A model generated the notes under the pieces. The model did no database searches, was not told the DNA's origin, and saw nothing but the letters and a program-made list of their open reading frames with translations. A program made the position numbers and the translations under genes. 64,000 nucleotides of DNA, from the NCBI GenBank assembly GCA_934385225.1, contig CAKRPQ010000002.1, positions 219 to 64,218 of the forward strand. Reading direction: 5' to 3'. Below, piece by piece: positions 43,094 through 52,199 of the stretch. The first letter of the stretch is position 1; the number at the start of each line of letters is the position of its first letter. This DNA comes from an uncultured Eubacteriales bacterium (lineage in GTDB: Bacteria > Bacillota > Clostridia > Oscillospirales > CAG-272).

Positions 43094-44620
43094 ATGGCAA
43101 CAAAAAAGAAGCAAAAAGCGTGGGTGGCACCCCTTGTGTTCGCTCTCGTGATAATACTTATCGCGGGTCTCATCGTAGTCGATCGTCTTGACAGCAACGG
43201 CACGATCCTCCGCTCGAAAACTGTTCTTAAATCCGACAATTTCTCGGTTTCGGGAACTGTTATGGAATTCGCCGTAATGACGACCTATCAGAATTTTGCA
43301 ACGCAGAACCAGAGTTATCTCCAACTCTTCGGTCTTGACACCTCAAAGAGCCTCTCCTCGCAGAAGTACGGCGACGGAACATGGCTCGACTTCTTCAAGG
43401 AAAGTACCGAGACAGTCCTCTCGCAGTACCTCGTTTATGCCGAGGCCGCAAAGGCTGACGGCATGGAACTCTCCGACGAGGAGCTTGCAAACATAGACAG
43501 CACTATCGAGTCGATGAAGACAGTAGCTAAAAACTACGGCTATCAGAACCTTAACGCTTACCTTGCGTCCGCCTACGGCATCGGCGTAAAGGCTAAGGAC
43601 GTAAAAGAGTTCTACAAGCTCGCAACCCTCGCAAACGACTATCAGTCGAAGATCTACAAGGAAATAGAAGACGCCGTCACAGACGAGGATATTGCAAACG
43701 AATATAAGGAAAACCCGAACGATTACTCATTTGTCGATTTGATATCCTATTCCGACAGCATTTCGATTGCAAACGACCTTTCGGACGCCGAAAAGGAAAC
43801 GCTTAAAGGCTCGCTTATGAGCAAGTTCAACGCCATTGCGGCCGGAACAGACGCGGAAGGCATAAAGAGCGGTATAAGAGAGTACCTCGAAGAAAAGAAC
43901 ATGACAGCTTCTCTGACAGACTCTGCCGACACAGTCGACGTCGAAGAGGAACTTGCAAAGATCGAAGAAACGCTCAGTTACAGCGGAATAAAGCCGACAG
44001 ACGCAGCCGACTGGGTATTTGAAAACACCGACGGCGTATATGCAAGAAACGACGGCGACGTAAAGGTATTCGAACAGTACACAGAGGGCGGCGAAGCTAC
44101 CGACAGCGACGAAGCAAAGCCCGACACATACACGGTTTCGATATTCTTTGTCGCAAAAGCTCCTTACGCAAACGATAAGGCAACCAAGAATGTAGGTCAC
44201 ATTCTCGTAAGATCCGACTCCTACGCTTCCGATGATGAAGCAAAGGCAAAGGCTGAGGAAATTCTTGCCGAATACAAGGCAGGCGAGATGACAAAGGAAG
44301 CATTCGAAACTCTCGGCGAAAAATATACCGAGGATTCGAACGTATTCTACTACAACGTAAAAGAAGGTCAGATGGTAACCGAATTCAACGACTGGCTCTT
44401 TGACTCTTCAAGACAGGTCGGTGACGTTGAAATCGTAAAGACAGAGTCTTACGGCTACCACATCATGTACTTTGACGGTGAAGGCGAAAGAAAAGAGTGG
44501 CAGGTTGACTGCGCAAGCAAGGTTGTAAATACCAAGTCCTCCGCAAAATCCGAAGAACTCACGAACACTTACAACGTCGAAAAGAACGAATCCGCAATGA
44601 AAGCCGTAAAGGGCAAATAA
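43094..44620 (+). CDS. Membrane-anchored parvulin-type peptidyl-prolyl isomerase (PrsA/SurA-like)
   Basis: N-terminal TM helix (VAPLVFALVIILIAGLIVV). The C-terminal PpiC domain reads GHILVRSD...GQMVTEFNDWLF...VKTESYGYHIMYF. Confidence 0.82.
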   Translation: MATKKKQKAWVAPLVFALVIILIAGLIVVDRLDSNGTILRSKTVLKSDNFSVSGTVMEFAVMTTYQNFATQNQSYLQLFGLDTSKSLSSQKYGDGTWLDFFKESTETVLSQYLVYAEAAKADGMELSDEELANIDSTIESMKTVAKNYGYQNLNAYLASAYGIGVKAKDVKEFYKLATLANDYQSKIYKEIEDAVTDEDIANEYKENPNDYSFVDLISYSDSISIANDLSDAEKETLKGSLMSKFNAIAAGTDAEGIKSGIREYLEEKNMTASLTDSADTVDVEEELAKIEETLSYSGIKPTDAADWVFENTDGVYARNDGDVKVFEQYTEGGEATDSDEAKPDTYTVSIFFVAKAPYANDKATKNVGHILVRSDSYASDDEAKAKAEEILAEYKAGEMTKEAFETLGEKYTEDSNVFYYNVKEGQMVTEFNDWLFDSSRQVGDVEIVKTESYGYHIMYFDGEGERKEWQVDCASKVVNTKSSAKSEELTNTYNVEKNESAMKAVKGK

Positions 44621-44633
44621 TAACAGACTGTAA

Positions 44634-44667
44634 AGAGGCTGTCGCGCGTTTCGGCGCGATAGCCTCT
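44634..44667 (+). terminator. Hairpin after the PrsA-like gene (weak U-tract)
   Basis: AGAGGCTGTCGCGC (44634..44647) pairs with GCGCGATAGCCTCT (44654..44667) with one G-U pair. It is followed by TATGG, so there is no clear T-run. Confidence 0.45.
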
Positions 44668-44726
44668 TATGGCAAAACGAAAAAAACAACATATAATATT
44701 AAAAAATAATCAAGGCAGGTTTAACG

Positions 44727-45374
44727 ATGATACTCGAAGCAAAGAAAACGACCGTCGCATACCGTTGTCCGCACTGCGGAAGCGGAGTTGTGAGCATGAT
44801 AAGCCCATTCTCCGTCGGTGCCGACATGGTAAAGCTGAAATGCGAATGCGGCATGAGCGAAATGACTATGGCGTTTTCAAAGGACGGCAAGGTCAGGCTC
44901 ACCGTGCCTTGCATGCTTTGCCCGAAGCCACACAATTTCACCGTTTCAAAGAACCTCTTTTTCGGAAAGGACATCTTCCTGCTTCCCTGCCCGTTCACGG
45001 GTGTGAACATTTGCTTTATGGGTGACGCGGATGCCGTAAAAGCGGAACTTTCAAGAACTGAGCTCGAACTTCTCGATATGCTCGAAAAGAGCGGTATCGA
45101 AGGCGGTTTTGAGGCAATTCACGCCGCCGACGACTCGGAACTTCTGCCCGATCCGCAGATATTCGACATTATAATGTTTGTGATCAGAGACCTCGAAGCC
45201 GAGGGACACATTCACTGTAAATGCGAGGACGGGAAAGGAGAATACGAAGCCGAGGTGCTTGATTACGGAATAAAAGTCCGCTGCACCAAATGCGGCGCGG
45301 AAACGATAGTCCCGACGGACAGCCTGCTCGCGGCAAACGCATTCCTCAACGCCGACAGCCTGCATCTTGAATAA
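44727..45374 (+). CDS. Hypothetical double zinc-ribbon protein
   Basis: 215 aa. CPHCGSG...CECG at the N-terminus and CKCEDG...CTKCGAE at the C-terminus. The stop overlaps the LacI start (TAATG). Confidence 0.6.
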   Translation: MILEAKKTTVAYRCPHCGSGVVSMISPFSVGADMVKLKCECGMSEMTMAFSKDGKVRLTVPCMLCPKPHNFTVSKNLFFGKDIFLLPCPFTGVNICFMGDADAVKAELSRTELELLDMLEKSGIEGGFEAIHAADDSELLPDPQIFDIIMFVIRDLEAEGHIHCKCEDGKGEYEAEVLDYGIKVRCTKCGAETIVPTDSLLAANAFLNADSLHLE

Positions 45375-46369
45375 TGGCTGTCACGCATAAAAAACTTGCA
45401 GAACTTCTGCACGTTTCACAGTCCACCGTTTCAAAAGCACTTTCGGGGAGCCGCGAAGTAAGCCCCGAACTTGCCGAAAAAATAGTCAAGAAAGCTGCCG
45501 AACTCGGCTATTTTCAGATAAAAAGAGAGCGCAGTCGTTCATACGCAAGCGTTTTTTCACCCGAAATCGCAATTTTCGTTCCCGAAATCATCAGCGTATA
45601 TTACAGCGATATTGCAACGCGCATAGTCGAAAAAATCAAAGAAAAAAACGGACGCTCGTCAATATATGTGACGGGATTCGATACGGAATACACATCGTTT
45701 TTGCTCGAAAAGCTGTACGACAACATAAAAGTCGACGGCGTTATATCGCTCTCCGAGGTGCGGTATAACGGCGAGGTAAAACTACCTACCGTCTCATTTT
45801 CGCGAGGCAGCAACGGCAGAATATGTCATATCGAAAGCGACCTGAAAAGCGGTATGCGCGATGCGCTTACATATCTGTTGCGGCAAGGTCACAGCTTTAT
45901 AGGATATGTCGGTGAGCCGTTGACAGCGCAGAAAAACAGGCTTTTCGGAGAACTTTCCGACGAACTTTCTGCCGAAAATTCAATTCAAAGCAAAACTTAC
46001 ATAGAGGACAGCCGTTTTGAAGAAATCGGTGTATTTGCCGCCCGCAAGGTGCTTGCGGAAAACGAAAATGAGCGCCCCACGGCGTTCATATGTGCATATG
46101 ACGAAATCGCGATAGGCTTTATGAGCGAGCTTTCGAAAAAAGGGATTGAAGTACCGCGTGACGTCTCCGTTATCGGGATAAACGACATACAGGCGGCAAA
46201 ATATTCGTCGCCGCCGCTGACAACGATATCCGCCGACAACGATAAAGCAGCCGACAAAGCCGCGGAAATAATTATGCGGTGCGTATCGGATAAGCACGAG
46301 CCCATGCCGCCGTCGCTTAAAATACCGACAAAGCTCGTCGTCCGCGAAAGCGTCGGCAGTGCAAAGTAA
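45374..46369 (+). CDS. LacI family transcriptional regulator
   Basis: N-terminal HTH KKLAELLHVSQSTVSKALSG plus a periplasmic-binding-fold sugar-sensor domain. Confidence 0.9.
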   Translation: MAVTHKKLAELLHVSQSTVSKALSGSREVSPELAEKIVKKAAELGYFQIKRERSRSYASVFSPEIAIFVPEIISVYYSDIATRIVEKIKEKNGRSSIYVTGFDTEYTSFLLEKLYDNIKVDGVISLSEVRYNGEVKLPTVSFSRGSNGRICHIESDLKSGMRDALTYLLRQGHSFIGYVGEPLTAQKNRLFGELSDELSAENSIQSKTYIEDSRFEEIGVFAARKVLAENENERPTAFICAYDEIAIGFMSELSKKGIEVPRDVSVIGINDIQAAKYSSPPLTTISADNDKAADKAAEIIMRCVSDKHEPMPPSLKIPTKLVVRESVGSAK

Positions 46370-46382
46370 AAAAACATAACAT

Positions 46383-46413
46383 AAGAATCCCGCCGCAATG
46401 CGGCGGGATTCTT
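46383..46413. terminator. Bidirectional terminator (LacI gene / AraC gene)
   Basis: 14-bp perfect stem AAGAATCCCGCCGC (46383..46396) / GCGGCGGGATTCTT (46400..46413) with loop AAT. Confidence 0.75.
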
Positions 46414-46417
46414 TATA

Positions 46418-47158
46418 TTATTTTCCCGATTTTCGTCTTATCTCCGTCGGCGTCATTCCGCGTGTTTCCGCAAAAGTCTTTGACATCTGTGCGCTATCAT
46501 AAAAACCGCATACGGCAGCAATTTTTGTACACGAAAGAGCCGTCGAAACAAGCAGTTTTTCAGCGTATTCGGTACGCAGTTTCGTCACAAGCCCGACAGG
46601 AGATATGCCGTAATTCTCCTTAAAAATATGCCTGAAATAATCATACCCGTACCCCATAAAATCGGCAAGCTCGCGGACAGACACTGCTTGCGTGAAATTC
46701 GCCTCTATATATCTGCGGCAAAAATCAAGGCTTTTTACCTTTTCGCGCCCGCTTTTCCCGTCGCGGCAAAGGTCTATGACGACGAGAGTGGCAAGTGCGG
46801 TCATTTTATCCGTACTGAAAGCGTCAAAGTCGCGCGCCTCCGAGAAAATTTCGTCAAAATACGGTTTCAGGCTTTCTCTGCCGCCGTAAATGCCGATCCG
46901 AGGCGTTTTTTCGCAATTAAAACCGAAAAATACAACTTTTCCTCTGCCCGTATGATGCTCGCCGTGAAGCATTCCTTTGCCGATAACGGCTACCGAATTT
47001 TCCCGTATATCGAATTTCTCGTCTCCGACAAGCAGTGTGCCGCGGCAACCTTCTCCGTAAAACACCGCCTCGTCCGAGCTATGTATATGCATCGGCACAT
47101 CGCTGCCCGCGTCTCGTATAAAACCGTTTACAAACATCGTCTCCGCTCTCATTTGCAT
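46418..47158 (-). CDS. AraC family transcriptional regulator (cupin + HTH)
   Basis: The C-terminal HTH pair reads VRELADFMGYGYDYFRHIFKENYGISP...IAAVCGFYDSAQMSKTFAETRGMTPTEIR. The start is ambiguous among GTG 47161, ATG 47158 and ATG 47152. Confidence 0.88.
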   Translation of the reverse strand: MQMRAETMFVNGFIRDAGSDVPMHIHSSDEAVFYGEGCRGTLLVGDEKFDIRENSVAVIGKGMLHGEHHTGRGKVVFFGFNCEKTPRIGIYGGRESLKPYFDEIFSEARDFDAFSTDKMTALATLVVIDLCRDGKSGREKVKSLDFCRRYIEANFTQAVSVRELADFMGYGYDYFRHIFKENYGISPVGLVTKLRTEYAEKLLVSTALSCTKIAAVCGFYDSAQMSKTFAETRGMTPTEIRRKSGK

Positions 47159-47242
47159 CACCTCTCTTTCTTAATTTTATATCAAAAAAATCTCTGTGTC
47201 AAGTCACAGCCGAAAAATACAAAAAATATCCCCGAAAAATAC

Positions 47243-47271
47243 TATCAAACGGCGCATTTATATGGTAAAAT
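47243..47271 (+). promoter_or_regulatory. Candidate extended -10 promoter of the FAD/IUNH/GH27 operon
   Basis: TGGTAAAAT at 47263..47271 with a poor -35 (TATCAA, 47243..47248). This fits activator dependence. Confidence 0.4.
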
Positions 47272-47288
47272 CAAAGCGAGGTGAAAAT

Positions 47289-48056
47289 ATGAAAAATAAA
47301 TTCGAAACCGTTCTCATAGGTGCGACATTTTTCTCGGTCGGATACGCGTCGCACGCAGAGGATTGCCTTATAATCGACCGTTCGGACATTGTCGGGAGCG
47401 ATTATTGCGCCGCGATGAATGCGTCCTCCTGCAAGGGAACATACTCGCTCGGCGCTCTCGGTCTCTACCGCGACGCGCTTCGCCGCGGACTTACGGACAA
47501 TGACGGACGCATAACGATAGTACCGACGGCAGCACTTCTTGCGAAATATATTTCGGACAAAATACCGAATATTCTGCTCGGCTACGAAATAACGGACGTG
47601 TCCGAAAAAAGGCTGACAGCCTTCGGCTCACGCGGTTTCTTCGGCATAGAAGCAAATCGCATAATCGACACGCGCCCCGTTCTATCGCCGCGCATCACAA
47701 GAACAGCGGCAGCAATGCTTACGGACGGCACCCCGCCGAGGGAGCTGTGCGGAAACGATTGGTTCATTCAAAAAGGTCTTTACGAAAATGAATATATTCT
47801 GCACGCGGTTCTCGAAGAAAATGACGACTGCGTGACGGCGCAAAAAAAGCTGACCGCGCTTGCAAGCGGTGCGGACAAGGTGACGGGAACTCTTAAAATC
47901 GCCGCTTTCGCGACCGAATTTGCATATTTCTGCGACAACATAAGGAAAGTCGCCACGAAAGAAAACGGGATCACCCGTATTCCGTCGGCAGCGTTCAAAA
48001 ACCCGTTTGAAGCGTTTTACGGAGGTGAAAAATATGCTCTATACAACACTCTCTGA
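47289..48056 (+). CDS. Hypothetical protein, possibly a degenerate Rossmann-like partner of the downstream flavoprotein
   Basis: 255 aa from ATG 47289, with GAGGTG upstream. The N-terminus ETVLIGATFFSVGYA only loosely resembles a GxGxxG loop. The 3' end overlaps the next gene by 23 nt. Confidence 0.55.
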   Translation: MKNKFETVLIGATFFSVGYASHAEDCLIIDRSDIVGSDYCAAMNASSCKGTYSLGALGLYRDALRRGLTDNDGRITIVPTAALLAKYISDKIPNILLGYEITDVSEKRLTAFGSRGFFGIEANRIIDTRPVLSPRITRTAAAMLTDGTPPRELCGNDWFIQKGLYENEYILHAVLEENDDCVTAQKKLTALASGADKVTGTLKIAAFATEFAYFCDNIRKVATKENGITRIPSAAFKNPFEAFYGGEKYALYNTL

Positions 48057-49788
48057 CGGAAAACTCATCTCGCGTGAAGTAAATCCCGTATTTGACGAGG
48101 CGACAGACGTCTGTGTGGTCGGACTCGGCACGGCGGGTGCTGTCTGTGCGATTTCAGCCGCCGAAAGCGGCGCACGCGTGGTCGGAATAGAAAAAGTCTC
48201 TTACATCGGCGGCACTGCCGTAGGCGTTTGCGACTACTATTTCGGCACGACGGGAGGCATAAGCGAACAGATTAGAAACGAATGCTACAAAAGGATCGAT
48301 GACGGCGATTTCATTTCATCGGGCGGACGCGAAATCCGCGAAAATTCGGTCTCAGGGGCGGTAAAATCCTCCGTCCTGCTCGACCGCGCACTTGCGGCGG
48401 GCGTGAAAATATTTATGAAAAGCCGAGTCGTCGGCGTATATTCGGACGAAGCACAGGTGTGCGGAATCGAATTCTTCGACGGCGAAAAAGTTCACAGACT
48501 GTGTGCCTCCGTGACCGTCGATTGTGCCGACGGAGAAGTTTGTCGTCTGCTCGGGTGCAATTTTCTCGGTGCAAGACCGAGCGACGGGCATACAATGCGT
48601 TTTTCTCATATTTTCGGCTGGTGGAACGGCGTACACGAGCGCGCCTGCATAACGCAATACGATTTTCCCGAAGCCGAAAGAGAAGCTACGCGAACGCGTC
48701 TTATTCTCGGCGGAATACTGAGCGGCGGCTTCATAAAAGAGCATTACTCGCCGCTCATAGTGTGGGAATCACCCGTCACGGGACTGCGCGAGGTGAGAGC
48801 GGTTGAATGTGAAAGCAGTTATACTCTCTCGGATATTTTAGCAAAAAAGCCGCCCGAAAAACCGCTGTATTACAGCTTCGCACCGCTCGATAACGCAAAT
48901 TCCGACGATTGGAACGAAACCGAAACCATTCAGGACTGGAAGGTTCTTACCGACATGAAGCGGTTCGGCATCTCGGCGGGCGTTCCAATGGGTATGCTGA
49001 TACCAAAGGGCAAAAAAGGGCTTCTCGTTGCGGGGAAAGCGATGGGCGCGGGACACGACCTTATCGGCTGTCTGCGAATGACGGCGGACATCGAAAAATG
49101 CGGTGAAGCGGCGGGAGTTATTTCGGCGGCGGCCGTGCGCGAGGGAAAAGACGTGCGCGACCTTGACTACGGCAAAATAACGGACAAACTGCGCGTTACA
49201 GGCTGTCGGGGCGAAGAAAACGACCTCGGCATATGCGACCTCAATTACCCTATGGGAAAGAAACCGACACCTTACAAATTGCCCGAAAACGCCGAAGAAC
49301 TGATATCGGCTCTTTCATCGGACGAACCCGGACCCGCCATATTAAGCGTAAAAATCCGGTGTGATACCGAAACAAAGAACATTCTTGCGGGCAACCTATC
49401 CTCGGAAAACAGGGGCCTTGCCGAGAACTGCGCTTTTGCGCTCGGAATTGCGGGCGACACGCGGTGTCTGCCGATGCTCCGCGCAATTCTTTCCCGTCCG
49501 CCCGAATACAAGGTTCACACCGTCAAAAAACTTTACAGTGCTTACAGCATCGGAAGCACGTTCACATGCGGCAGCATAAAAGCACTCATTCTTGTCGGTC
49601 GCCTGCGTGACAAAGAGAGCATACCTCTGCTCGAAAAAATACTGAAAGATGATGGCAAAAGCTATGCGAAATCGGCAAAAAAATGCGACCTCTGTCCGAG
49701 CGACGAAGATATGGCTTGCCGATTCGTCGGATTTGCCTTGGGCGCACTCAATCTGATAAAATCCGAGAAGGAGAAAAACGATGTATGA
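48034..49788 (+). CDS. FAD-dependent oxidoreductase (FAD_oxidored type) with C-terminal HEAT-like repeats
   Basis: DVCVVGLGTAGAVCAISAAESGARVVGIEK dinucleotide motif. The C-terminal repeats read ALGIAGDTRCLPMLRAIL and LVGRLRDKESIPLLEKIL. Start set at ATG 48034, with GGAGGTG upstream. Confidence 0.78.
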   Translation: MLYTTLSDGKLISREVNPVFDEATDVCVVGLGTAGAVCAISAAESGARVVGIEKVSYIGGTAVGVCDYYFGTTGGISEQIRNECYKRIDDGDFISSGGREIRENSVSGAVKSSVLLDRALAAGVKIFMKSRVVGVYSDEAQVCGIEFFDGEKVHRLCASVTVDCADGEVCRLLGCNFLGARPSDGHTMRFSHIFGWWNGVHERACITQYDFPEAEREATRTRLILGGILSGGFIKEHYSPLIVWESPVTGLREVRAVECESSYTLSDILAKKPPEKPLYYSFAPLDNANSDDWNETETIQDWKVLTDMKRFGISAGVPMGMLIPKGKKGLLVAGKAMGAGHDLIGCLRMTADIEKCGEAAGVISAAAVREGKDVRDLDYGKITDKLRVTGCRGEENDLGICDLNYPMGKKPTPYKLPENAEELISALSSDEPGPAILSVKIRCDTETKNILAGNLSSENRGLAENCAFALGIAGDTRCLPMLRAILSRPPEYKVHTVKKLYSAYSIGSTFTCGSIKALILVGRLRDKESIPLLEKILKDDGKSYAKSAKKCDLCPSDEDMACRFVGFALGALNLIKSEKEKNDV

Positions 49789-50770
49789 TGAAAATTATAT
49801 CGCAAAACTGAAAATTCCGAACGGGAGGATCGACGTCATTCTCGACACCGACACATACAACGAGATCGACGACGGATTTGCACTCGCATATCTGCTTTCA
49901 AAAGGCGAAAAACTGCGCACCGCAGGCATCTGTGCCGCTCCTTTTCTAAATTCGCGCAGCGTTTCGCCTGCCGACGGAATGGAAAAAAGCTATGACGAAA
50001 TTCTGAAAATCCTGTCGCTTGCGGAAAGAAACGATCTTATACCGCGCGTGTACAAAGGCTCGGAGAAATTCCTCGCGGACGAAAAGACGCCTGTCCGAAG
50101 CGACGCCGCTGACTTCATTATCGGCGAGGCGGAAAAACATTCCGCCAAAGATCCCCTTTACATCGTCGCAATAGGCGCGGTAACGAACGTTGCGTCGGCA
50201 ATTCTCAAAGCTCCCGACGTAATGTACGAAAACACCGTCGTCGTCTGGCTCGGCGGTAATGCCGTGCACTGGGAACACACGAGAGAATTCAATATGAAGC
50301 AGGACGTCTCCGCCGCGAGAATAGTTACGGGCTGTTCCGTTCCTCTCATTCTTCTCCCGTGCATGGGCGTTGTCAGTTCATTCACGACAACAGGACCCGA
50401 ACTGCGTCACTTCCTTTCGGGGAAGAACGCCCTTTGCGACTATCTCGTGAAAACCACTGTGGACGAGGCGGAGAAATACGCCAAAGGAATGGCATGGAGC
50501 AGGTGCATATGGGACGTGACAGCCGTTGCGAGACTCCTTGACGACGGTGACCGTTTTATGTCCTCACGCATAATCCCCGCACCGATCCCGCAGTACGACG
50601 GTTTTTACTCTTTTTCGTCCGAAAGGAAGCCTATGCGCTATACGACGGCAATATGGCGGGACAATCTTTTTACGGATCTGTTTTCATCGCTCGCGACCTC
50701 TAAAAAAGTTACAAAATGGCATACAAAAGAGACTTTATTCCATTTACTTTTTTATAAAAATATGGTTTAA
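49781..50770 (+). CDS. Inosine/uridine-preferring nucleoside hydrolase (IUNH)-fold protein, atypical N-terminal motif
   Basis: The sequence VILDTDTYNEIDDGFALAYLL resembles the DxDxxxDD calcium/ribose motif but carries two extra residues. 329 aa. It overlaps the upstream gene by 8 nt. Confidence 0.72.
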   Translation: MYDENYIAKLKIPNGRIDVILDTDTYNEIDDGFALAYLLSKGEKLRTAGICAAPFLNSRSVSPADGMEKSYDEILKILSLAERNDLIPRVYKGSEKFLADEKTPVRSDAADFIIGEAEKHSAKDPLYIVAIGAVTNVASAILKAPDVMYENTVVVWLGGNAVHWEHTREFNMKQDVSAARIVTGCSVPLILLPCMGVVSSFTTTGPELRHFLSGKNALCDYLVKTTVDEAEKYAKGMAWSRCIWDVTAVARLLDDGDRFMSSRIIPAPIPQYDGFYSFSSERKPMRYTTAIWRDNLFTDLFSSLATSKKVTKWHTKETLFHLLFYKNMV

Positions 50771-50799
50771 TTATAAAAAAAGAAAAGGAGATTTCTTTT

Positions 50800-51954
50800 A
50801 TGATAGTCAAAACACCGCCGATGGGCTGGAATTCCTGGAACACATTCGGGCATAACATAAGTGAAAATCTGATACTCGAAACAGCGGACGCGATGGTAAA
50901 AGAGGGGCTTCTCGACGCGGGATACGAATATCTCGTCATAGACGACTGCTGGTCCGAAAAGACGAGGGGGAAAAACGGCAGACTTGTCGCCGATCACGAA
51001 AAATTTCCGCACGGCATGAAGTATGTTGCCGACTACGTTCACTCAAAGGGACTTAAATTCGGTATGTACTCGTGCGCGGGTGCTGTAACCTGTGCGGGTT
51101 ACCCCGGTAGCTTTGAACACGAATTCGACGACGCGGTAACGTTTGCCGAATGGGGTGTCGATTTCCTCAAATACGACTACTGTTTCAGAGACAGGAATGT
51201 TCCCGGTGAAATCCTCTACCGCCGCATGGGACTTGCCCTTGCGAACTGCGGTCGCGACATTCTTTTCAGCGCGTGCAACTGGGGTGCGGACAGCTCCGAA
51301 AACTGGATCAAGACAACGGGCGCGCATATGTGGCGCTCGACAGGCGACATTTTCGACAGCTGGGGAAGCATTAAAAAACTTACGCAAAGACAGTTCGGTC
51401 TCTTCAAAACAAACGGTCAGGGCTGCTTTAACGATATGGATATGCTCGTTGTCGGCATAAACGGCAAAGGACACGTCGCGCGGGAAACCACAGTCATGTC
51501 CTTTGAAGAATACAAGTCGCATTTTTCCATATGGTCTCTCTTCGGCTCGCCTCTTATGCTCGGCTGCGACGTGCGAAATATGACAGAGGAAACAAAAAAG
51601 ATCATTCTTAACAAGGAAGTAATCGCGATAAATCAGGACATAGCGGCAAGACAGCCGTTCACAGCCGAAATATCGGACGAAAACACCGAAACGGCGGCTG
51701 TATGCAGACTTCTTGACGGCGGCGACACCGCGGTACTGCTTATCAATCTCTCCGACACAACGGCAACAAAATATTCCCTCTCATTTATGGCAGCTCACCT
51801 CGGAATCGACCGCTCGTGCGGAAAGATACTTCACATGAGAAACGTTTGGACGGGAGAAGAATTTGATATAAACAACGAAATTTACTATCCCGGAACCGGC
51901 ATTGAACCTCACTCCTGCGAGCTTTTACGCGTTAGTCTGAAAGACGCAAAATAA
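50800..51954 (+). CDS. Alpha-galactosidase, GH27, cytoplasmic
   Basis: PPMGWNSWNTFG N-terminus, YLVIDDCW, and LKYDYC (nucleophile region). No signal peptide. Confidence 0.88.
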   Translation: MIVKTPPMGWNSWNTFGHNISENLILETADAMVKEGLLDAGYEYLVIDDCWSEKTRGKNGRLVADHEKFPHGMKYVADYVHSKGLKFGMYSCAGAVTCAGYPGSFEHEFDDAVTFAEWGVDFLKYDYCFRDRNVPGEILYRRMGLALANCGRDILFSACNWGADSSENWIKTTGAHMWRSTGDIFDSWGSIKKLTQRQFGLFKTNGQGCFNDMDMLVVGINGKGHVARETTVMSFEEYKSHFSIWSLFGSPLMLGCDVRNMTEETKKIILNKEVIAINQDIAARQPFTAEISDENTETAAVCRLLDGGDTAVLLINLSDTTATKYSLSFMAAHLGIDRSCGKILHMRNVWTGEEFDINNEIYYPGTGIEPHSCELLRVSLKDAK

Positions 51955-51955
51955 C

Positions 51956-52162
51956 GTGGCAAAGTGCATAAAATGCGGTGCGGAACTCGATGCGGACGAC
52001 ATCGGCGCACATCTTAAATTCGTAAGCAGGCAGGCGCGCCAATATATGTGCGTAAAGTGCCTTTCCGCCGACCTCGGCTGCCCCGAAGAACATCTCAGGA
52101 ACAAAATAGAGTTTCTGCGGGAAAACGGCTGCGCTCTGTTTCCGACAAAAAAGAAAAAATGA
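51956..52162 (+). CDS. Small cysteine-rich (zinc-ribbon-like) protein
   Basis: 68 aa. CIKCG...CVKC...C...GC, with a basic tail KKKK. The GTG start lies 1 nt after the GH27 stop. Confidence 0.5.
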   Translation: MAKCIKCGAELDADDIGAHLKFVSRQARQYMCVKCLSADLGCPEEHLRNKIEFLRENGCALFPTKKKK

Positions 52163-52165
52163 CAT

Positions 52166-52197
52166 AAAAAAGCGACGGTGTTCCGTCGCTTTTTTTA
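52166..52197. terminator. Bidirectional terminator (GH27 operon / GH26 gene)
   Basis: AAAAAAGCGACGG (52166..52178) - TGTT - CCGTCGCTTTTTT (52183..52195). Confidence 0.8.
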
Positions 52198-52199
52198 TG

